IMG/VR virus record: IMGVR_UViG_3300042341_001047
Source: a virus
DNA: 64,000 bases
Strand: one strand, 5' to 3'
Shown here: positions 57,739 to 64,000 of the stretch, piece by piece
How the letters are laid out: every line of letters starts with the position of its first letter
Numbering within the stretch: position 1 is the stretch's first letter
Program-made: the position numbers and the translations under genes
The notes under the pieces: generated by a model
Databases searched by the model: none
Seen by the model: the letters and a program-made list of their open reading frames with translations, nothing else
What the model was told of the DNA's origin: nothing

Positions 57739-58413
57739 ATGTTAGTATCACATCTATATAAATTTATTTTTATAAAATCATTAAAAACAGCTGGTACAAG
57801 TACTGAGGTATTTTTAGAACAATATTGTATATCCAATATAACGGAAGATCATAAGAGAGAAGCAATTGCAACCGAAGAAGGTATAATAGGTAAAAGAGGT
57901 AAAAAGGGAACATCAACAACAGCTTATGGTGAATATTGGAACCACATGAAAGCTGGTGTACTAAGAGAATCATTAGGTAGTGAGATATTTGACAACTATA
58001 CTAAAGTGATAAATGTCAGAAACCCATTTGATATGTTAGTAAGTAACTACTTTTTCAAACCATTTTATGATGTTTATAGTAAAGGAGCAATCCTAACTTT
58101 CAAAGAATTTATAATGACAACTAACATACTAGTTGAACTAACAGATAAACACAATAGATTTATGTTTATTGATGGAAATTTTATAATTGATGAGGCAATT
58201 AGATATGAAAATTTAGAAAATGATATAAATGGTTTAATCTCTAAGTTAGAAATGCCACCATCTCAAAGATCTCTTGGTTATTATAAAAAGTCAAAAAGAA
58301 GAGATGATTCAGTTCACTATTCAACAATGTATGACTCAGAAACTAGAGAGTTTGTTGAAGAAGTAATGAAAGACTATTTAGAAAGATTTGACTATAAATT
58401 TGAAAATAATTAA
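57739..58413 (+). CDS. sulfotransferase (Sulfotransfer_2-like)
   Basis: FIFIKSLKTAGTS (5'-PSB), VRNPFDMLVSNY (3'-PB), IRYENLEND, D...FDY.F. Confidence 0.85.
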   Translation: MLVSHLYKFIFIKSLKTAGTSTEVFLEQYCISNITEDHKREAIATEEGIIGKRGKKGTSTTAYGEYWNHMKAGVLRESLGSEIFDNYTKVINVRNPFDMLVSNYFFKPFYDVYSKGAILTFKEFIMTTNILVELTDKHNRFMFIDGNFIIDEAIRYENLENDINGLISKLEMPPSQRSLGYYKKSKRRDDSVHYSTMYDSETREFVEEVMKDYLERFDYKFENN

Positions 58414-58448
58414 TTTTAAAAATTAATATATAAAAGAAAAATAAAAAG

Positions 58449-58667
58449 ATGGTAGTTAATTTTAATAATCCTAAAAACCCAGCAATTACTAAAGTAACCG
58501 TAAAAAGAGTAGTTGATAACAATGAAAAGAAGAAAGTTACAGCTCACGTAAAAGAATTTAGTGGTAAAATTACTTTATGGGAAGGCGATGTTGCTTATAC
58601 AGCTATTGGTCAATGGACTGATACAGATGTACAAAATAGACTTTTGGAAATTTATAATAATAACTAA
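58449..58667 (+). CDS. small hypothetical late protein
   Basis: 72 aa; TAATATATA upstream. Confidence 0.65.
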   Translation: MVVNFNNPKNPAITKVTVKRVVDNNEKKKVTAHVKEFSGKITLWEGDVAYTAIGQWTDTDVQNRLLEIYNNN

Positions 58668-59654
58668 TTAAATTAGTCTTTCTATAATTTTCATCTCTAA
58701 TAAGTATTCATTCATAACATTTTCAATTGAAAATTTGGAATAATCTTGATTTTTATCAAATTTATAATCTCCATTATAGGTAGCTTTTAAAGCTGCCCTA
58801 TAATCTTTATAATCTATATCCTCCCATTCTGATTCCTTTGAATAGATTAAAACACTATCAAAACTTTGTTCTATTTGTATTGGAAAGGTTTCAATAAGAC
58901 AAGCATTACTAGGATTAATAAAATCCATATATCCACTTATTTTAGAGTTGAAGCAAATAATATCTTTTTTAAGAACGGCTGCGTATAAAAGTGGTATACA
59001 AAATCCTTCCATATATGATAAACAAATATAACAATCAATTCCTTTTCTAATTGACATTAATTCTTCAATTGATAAAAAATCTCTTATTATTACAATCTCT
59101 GGTGAGTTTTCATTTTTTTCTATTAAACTCTCAACATCATTACGATACTTACCTTCAGAAATTTTAATAACTAATCTAACATTATCATTATTGGTGAATG
59201 TTTTATTAAAATGTTTTATAATATTTATAACATTCTTTCTAGGTATTCCGGTTGTCTCTGAATAAAATGTATATTTTTTATCTGTAAACTTATCACTAAA
59301 ATAAGTATTATCAGAATCTAATAAATCTGTGTAGTAATAGTTTGGTATTATAGAAATTGGAGATATAACTCCATTTTCAATTAATATTCTCTCACAATTG
59401 GTAGAAGGAGTTATAATTAAATCATAGGTATTAAACGCGTCTATGGTATTTCTATAAAACTTAGTACCATCCACAGGTTGTATCAGAATACACTTTTTGT
59501 ATCTATCTCTATGAGGAACTTTCTTTAAGTAATGTTGTAGTAAAACATCACATCTAACTGAATTTATAGTGTAGTATTTACTTAAAAAGTCAAATATATC
59601 TTTATTTATTTCTTTAAGAGAGTGACCAAATACATCTTTAATATTAATTCTCAA
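58668..59654 (-). CDS. GT-B (GT4-like) glycosyltransferase
   Basis: IITPS, RKNV, DCYICLSYMEGFCIPLLYA (EGF.. donor-binding motif); TTG start. Confidence 0.8.
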   Translation of the reverse strand: MRINIKDVFGHSLKEINKDIFDFLSKYYTINSVRCDVLLQHYLKKVPHRDRYKKCILIQPVDGTKFYRNTIDAFNTYDLIITPSTNCERILIENGVISPISIIPNYYYTDLLDSDNTYFSDKFTDKKYTFYSETTGIPRKNVINIIKHFNKTFTNNDNVRLVIKISEGKYRNDVESLIEKNENSPEIVIIRDFLSIEELMSIRKGIDCYICLSYMEGFCIPLLYAAVLKKDIICFNSKISGYMDFINPSNACLIETFPIQIEQSFDSVLIYSKESEWEDIDYKDYRAALKATYNGDYKFDKNQDYSKFSIENVMNEYLLEMKIIERLI

Positions 59655-59686
59655 AATTAAAATTCTTTTTTATTAATATAAAGAAA

Positions 59687-60385
59687 TTAACTATTTGTTT
59701 TACCTGAATTTGAAATATATAATTCAAAGGCCTTTGTCAATTTAACTTTGTGTAAATTTTGTCTCTCTGTAAATTTTTTAACAAACAATACAATCTCATC
59801 AACTTGATATGAGTTTTTAGGAACTGGAATTTTAGACTTATTTGGAATAGCCGGCATTTCTTCAATTTCTTCACGACTAGGTAAATCAGGAACCTTATTA
59901 AAAGTCTCTTTTTGTTTTTCTGCTTTAGTTTTTGAGTTTTTAATTATACCATCCGTATATCTTTTAAGACTAAGCATCTTATTTTTAGAATTTTTCTTAA
60001 TATTAACCACATCATTACCTATTAGCTTATCAGATATGAAAAGAGATAGTTCTGTTTCACTAAGAGAGTTATAATCATTTAATATTTTATTTCTTTTTCT
60101 TAAATTAGAATTAAGATCATCTATTTTTTTCTGAGTTCTTTTAATTAAAGCTTGATCAGTCAATCCTTCAATTGATTTTTCAAATTCACCAATACTATTT
60201 TGAATCTTATGACATTCCATAGATAATGTATTCCCAGCAGATCTAATACCATCAATCTCACCTAATATAGAATTTATGATGTCAGAAGTATATTGTTGAT
60301 TATCTTCAAAATATGAAGTAGAATTTCTTTTAACCGGAGTTATATCAGGTCTTGGTCTTGTTGATTTTTTTACTAGTCCTTCCAT
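59687..60385 (-). CDS. hypothetical coiled-coil protein
   Basis: 232-aa ORF. Confidence 0.65.
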   Translation of the reverse strand: MEGLVKKSTRPRPDITPVKRNSTSYFEDNQQYTSDIINSILGEIDGIRSAGNTLSMECHKIQNSIGEFEKSIEGLTDQALIKRTQKKIDDLNSNLRKRNKILNDYNSLSETELSLFISDKLIGNDVVNIKKNSKNKMLSLKRYTDGIIKNSKTKAEKQKETFNKVPDLPSREEIEEMPAIPNKSKIPVPKNSYQVDEIVLFVKKFTERQNLHKVKLTKAFELYISNSGKTNS

Positions 60386-60390
60386 ATCTT

Positions 60391-60861
60391 TTATTCATTA
60401 AATCTTTTTTTTATTGGTAAATCAATACCTGGAAAACGTCCACTACTACTATCACCAGCAACAATTGACATAGCTTTTCCAATATTTGTAAAAAATTTAG
60501 CATTGTCTCGAACCAAATTTTTATATTCTTTAACTTTAAAAAAGAAACTAAAAATTTTGGTTGTTAGTATAACTTCTGTCAATTCAACTACATTACCTAT
60601 TTCTTCTTGTTGTTTAACGTATTTTTCATTAGACGCAGAGACTCTGATTGATCCACCAACTTTAGAATTAACTATCAAAGAACTTCCATCTATTTGAACA
60701 CCACCAAGGTCTTCAACTAGACTCCATGTATCAACTACAAAACCTTCAATATCAGTCACGGTATTTAAATTATATGATGTTTGTCTATCATCATCTGAAG
60801 TGATTCTTGATATAAACATACCACTCACTACTGTATCCGCATTATTTGGTTGTTCCTCCAT
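60391..60861 (-). CDS. hypothetical protein
   Basis: 156-aa ORF. Confidence 0.65.
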   Translation of the reverse strand: MEEQPNNADTVVSGMFISRITSDDDRQTSYNLNTVTDIEGFVVDTWSLVEDLGGVQIDGSSLIVNSKVGGSIRVSASNEKYVKQQEEIGNVVELTEVILTTKIFSFFFKVKEYKNLVRDNAKFFTNIGKAMSIVAGDSSSGRFPGIDLPIKKRFNE

Positions 60862-60864
60862 AGT

Positions 60865-63800
60865 TTATATATTAATATTTTTTACTGTTAACGCATCAAA
60901 AGCATTATGATAAGTTAATCTCTTAACACCATCATATCTTTCAATTATGTGACAACTATAAGTCGCATAAACTGATGGAATTCTAACATTATTTATGGTT
61001 ATTATTATATCATCTGTTACTGAAACACCACCAACATTTACACCATCTATTCCAAATGTATTACCAGTTACATAATTTTTACCACTTGTGTTGATAGAAA
61101 CAGATGATACAGTACCACCAGATGATATAACAACATCAAAAGTGGCTCCGGTTCCATTAAGACTTGAAGGACCGCTCGGTGTTAATCCACTGTAAGTACC
61201 AGTAATCCCCGAATTAGAAGTTGTTAAAGTATAAGTTAATATCTCACCATTATATGTTGTAAAATCAACTGAACTTATTTCAGTTTCAATTATATTTTGT
61301 TTAAAATTTGAATCAATAGTATTTAGGAAAAACTTATTTGTTACTATCTTATTATAAGAGAAGTAATCAAGTATATTATTATCACGGAACCAACCATTAA
61401 TCTCATTGTTATAAAATTGACTTTTAATTATATTATCATGAAAGTAATATCCTACTCTATTTTCAGTAAAAAAGTTTTCTATTTGATTACCTTCAAACGA
61501 ATCACTAATATGATTTTTGGAAAAAACAATTCCTATATTATTATCAATAAAGTAGTTAGCAATATGATTACTTTGATATGATGACTGAATAGTATTATAC
61601 AAAAATAAATTACCAATGTGATTATCCATAAAGTCCTCCGCTATATAATTACCACCTGCGTTATTTCCAGCTTTTGGATCAGATCCAAAATGATCACCTA
61701 TAACATTTCTCTGAAATCCAGCACGAATGTCATTTGAAGGACCTGATAATGTAGAATTACCAAATCTATTTCCGATTTTATTATGTTGAAATTCTCTTCT
61801 TATCTGATTAAATCCAGTAATATCACCTATAGAGTTTAAAACAAATCTCGGACCCATCATATTAGGCCAACCACCATTACCACTATTACCAACAAATAGG
61901 TTTCCAATTTTATTACTTCTAGAAGATCTACCAAAAGAGTTGAACCAAATTTCATTTCCTAATTGATTCCATTGAAAGTTTTTATCAAAAATATTAAAAA
62001 TAACATTATCACCAAATGTGTTATTTTTAAATGAACTGGCCATTAAATTACCACCATCTTCACCACCAGAACCAGCTGGATAATTAAAATCATTACCAAA
62101 ATAATTTCCAATTTTATTACCTATAAAGTCTTCTTGTGTATTATTTCCAGTAGGAGTATAAGTAGAGAAGAATAGATTTTGTTTAGCTCCAAAATAGCTT
62201 CCGATTTCATTATGTTGAAACCTAACACCAATATTATTACCTTCAAAGAATGTTCCGATTTTATTGTATTGGAATTCATTAGCAATAGTATTTAATCTAA
62301 AGTTATTACCAATATTATTATCTGTAAAATCTTTACCTATTGTATTACCAAGTGTAGTAGATCCCATTAAATCACCTATAACATTTCTAGCACAACCAAT
62401 GTTGATAAAGTTACCAATAAATGAGTCACCAATATGATTTGACTCAAATCCATCTTTAATAGTATTAAACATACTAGTATATGATAATACATTTGATGTA
62501 AAATATTTACCTATTGTATTTGAATAAAAGAAATAAGGAATAGTATTTCCAGTAAAATCACTAGCTATATCATTATTTGAGAATAAATTTCCAATTGTAT
62601 TAAAATTAAAATGTGGTTTTATTACATTAAATGTGAAATCATCACCAATATTATTAGTAGACATATTATCACCACCAAATTGGTCAGTATATGTAATATT
62701 AAATACAAATCCATGTCCAATTGTATTGAAGTTGAATTTAGTACCGATTAAGTTACCACCGTTTCCACCACCACCATTTATATCATACCCGAAATAGTCA
62801 CCAATTCTATTATTATTAAAAAAGTCTTTGATTCTATTTGAGAACGGAGTTGGAAAATAGAAATTAGGAGTAGTTTCCTCATTCCCGAAATAACTACCAA
62901 TTACATTATACTTGAAAGCATATCCTATTTCATTTTTGATGAAATAATCTTTAATTTGATTACTTTTGAATCCTTGACCAATTCTATTAGATTTAAATGA
63001 ATGTCCAATAAAATTCTTTTCAAAGTTTGCACTATTACCATAAACACTTGATGTTCCAATTACATTTAACTTGAAGTCATTATCAATATCATTTTCTAAG
63101 AAGTTATCTAGAATATAATTAGATTCAAAATTACTACCAACATTATTATATTCAAAGTTATCTTGTATTTGATTTAATTTGAAGTTCAATTTAGTATTAT
63201 TACCAACAAAATCATCTCCAATTATATTATCAGTATTTAAATCTCCTAAGTTATTATTTGTAAAGTTATTTGATATCGTATTTTGTGCAAAAATGTTTCC
63301 AATGTTATTAGAATCGAAACGATTTCCTATAACATTCAACAAACAAAGATTACCAATAACATTATCGACACAATTTCTACCAAAAAAATTAACTATAAAT
63401 TCGTCTCCAATGTTATTATTAGTAAAGTTTGAATCCAGTAAATTAAATTTGAAGTCTTCTCCAATAATATTACTATAGAAACCATCATTAATCAAGTTTT
63501 GAAAGAATCCATTTCCAATTTTATTAGCTTCGAAGTTTTCAAATAAAATATTATCATTAAAGAAGTTACCTATCCTATTTCCAAAGAATAATGTTCTTAT
63601 ATTGTTACCAAGATTATTATTATTTATATCAGTACCAAAATAATTACCAATAACATTATCATAGAAACTAGCTGGTCTTACTCCACCATAATTACCTATA
63701 ATATTATTTTGGAAGTGATCACCTATCTTATTCCCATGAAAGTCATATCCTATTAAATTGGTTGAAAAATAATTTTGTATTTCATTGGAATAAAAATCAT

Positions 63801-64000
63801 AGTCTATGAAATTTTTTTCAAAGTTATTTTGTATCTCATTTAATCTAAAATTATTTTTTATATTATTATTAACAAAAGTATTACCTATTGAATTTCCGAA
63901 AAAATAATTTTTTATTACATTTTCAGTAAAGGAATTTCCGATAATATTATCATAAAAGTTCAATCTAATATTATTATTAGAGAAACCTCCACCAATAGTA
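60865..64000 (-). CDS. fibre/spike-like beta-helix protein, 5' end outside the window
   Basis: Frame stays open to the window edge (TIGGGFSNNNIRLNFY...); 11-aa NxIGNxFxxNx repeats over ~900 aa. Confidence 0.8.
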   Translation of the reverse strand, partial: TIGGGFSNNNIRLNFYDNIIGNSFTENVIKNYFFGNSIGNTFVNNNIKNNFRLNEIQNNFEKNFIDYDFYSNEIQNYFSTNLIGYDFHGNKIGDHFQNNIIGNYGGVRPASFYDNVIGNYFGTDINNNNLGNNIRTLFFGNRIGNFFNDNILFENFEANKIGNGFFQNLINDGFYSNIIGEDFKFNLLDSNFTNNNIGDEFIVNFFGRNCVDNVIGNLCLLNVIGNRFDSNNIGNIFAQNTISNNFTNNNLGDLNTDNIIGDDFVGNNTKLNFKLNQIQDNFEYNNVGSNFESNYILDNFLENDIDNDFKLNVIGTSSVYGNSANFEKNFIGHSFKSNRIGQGFKSNQIKDYFIKNEIGYAFKYNVIGSYFGNEETTPNFYFPTPFSNRIKDFFNNNRIGDYFGYDINGGGGNGGNLIGTKFNFNTIGHGFVFNITYTDQFGGDNMSTNNIGDDFTFNVIKPHFNFNTIGNLFSNNDIASDFTGNTIPYFFYSNTIGKYFTSNVLSYTSMFNTIKDGFESNHIGDSFIGNFINIGCARNVIGDLMGSTTLGNTIGKDFTDNNIGNNFRLNTIANEFQYNKIGTFFEGNNIGVRFQHNEIGSYFGAKQNLFFSTYTPTGNNTQEDFIGNKIGNYFGNDFNYPAGSGGEDGGNLMASSFKNNTFGDNVIFNIFDKNFQWNQLGNEIWFNSFGRSSRSNKIGNLFVGNSGNGGWPNMMGPRFVLNSIGDITGFNQIRREFQHNKIGNRFGNSTLSGPSNDIRAGFQRNVIGDHFGSDPKAGNNAGGNYIAEDFMDNHIGNLFLYNTIQSSYQSNHIANYFIDNNIGIVFSKNHISDSFEGNQIENFFTENRVGYYFHDNIIKSQFYNNEINGWFRDNNILDYFSYNKIVTNKFFLNTIDSNFKQNIIETEISSVDFTTYNGEILTYTLTTSNSGITGTYSGLTPSGPSSLNGTGATFDVVISSGGTVSSVSINTSGKNYVTGNTFGIDGVNVGGVSVTDDIIITINNVRIPSVYATYSCHIIERYDGVKRLTYHNAFDALTVKNINI
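61270..64000 (-). repeat. degenerate 33-bp (11-aa) N.IG..F..N repeat array
   Basis: Periodic Asn/Ile/Gly/Phe pattern throughout the ORF. Confidence 0.85.

Noticed and set aside
3064-63478. Many short antisense or nested ORFs (e.g. 3064, 8435, 10480, 18467, 30136, 32017, 44282, 53512, 63179)
   Set aside because: They lie within well-supported genes, show no motifs and have no promoter context.
1-64000. Stop-codon reassignment as seen in some large phages
   Set aside because: Conserved genes are full-length in code 11, and TAG and TGA act as real stops (e.g. 10876, 33453, 10442).

Overview
AT-rich, gene-dense segment of a large (jumbo-like) T4-related myophage genome, read in the standard genetic code. 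It carries most of the virion morphogenesis set scattered over both strands: gp23 capsid, a fused gp21 protease/scaffold, gp20 portal, gp17/gp16 terminase, gp2, gp4, gp15, gp18 sheath, gp19 tube, gp25, gp26/gp51, a giant baseplate protein, a tape-measure-like protein and a beta-helix fibre. It also has gp55 late sigma, gp44 clamp loader and gp47 nuclease. TTTG-N20-TAnnTTTG promoters, no obvious Shine-Dalgarno sites and a Gly-resuming tmRNA point to a Bacteroidota host (inference). Main points of interest: (1) about 12 unrelated proteins share an N-terminal leader resembling the T4 capsid-targeting signal, among them a stand-alone NFACT-R domain, an ART-like protein and a cysteine hydrolase, which suggests a large packaged and injected cargo system; (2) a translation and protein quality-control kit made of a tmRNA with an atypical T-loop and 29-aa tag, NFACT-R, RNase R, ClpS, an M28 peptidase, a HAD-SAK, a NADAR and an RNA-ligase remnant; (3) an APS kinase-nucleotidyltransferase fusion with a sulfotransferase and a glycosyltransferase next to a fibre gene; (4) a TWATATATA late promoter that forms palindromes between divergent partner genes. 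All family assignments come from motif recognition by eye, not database searches.
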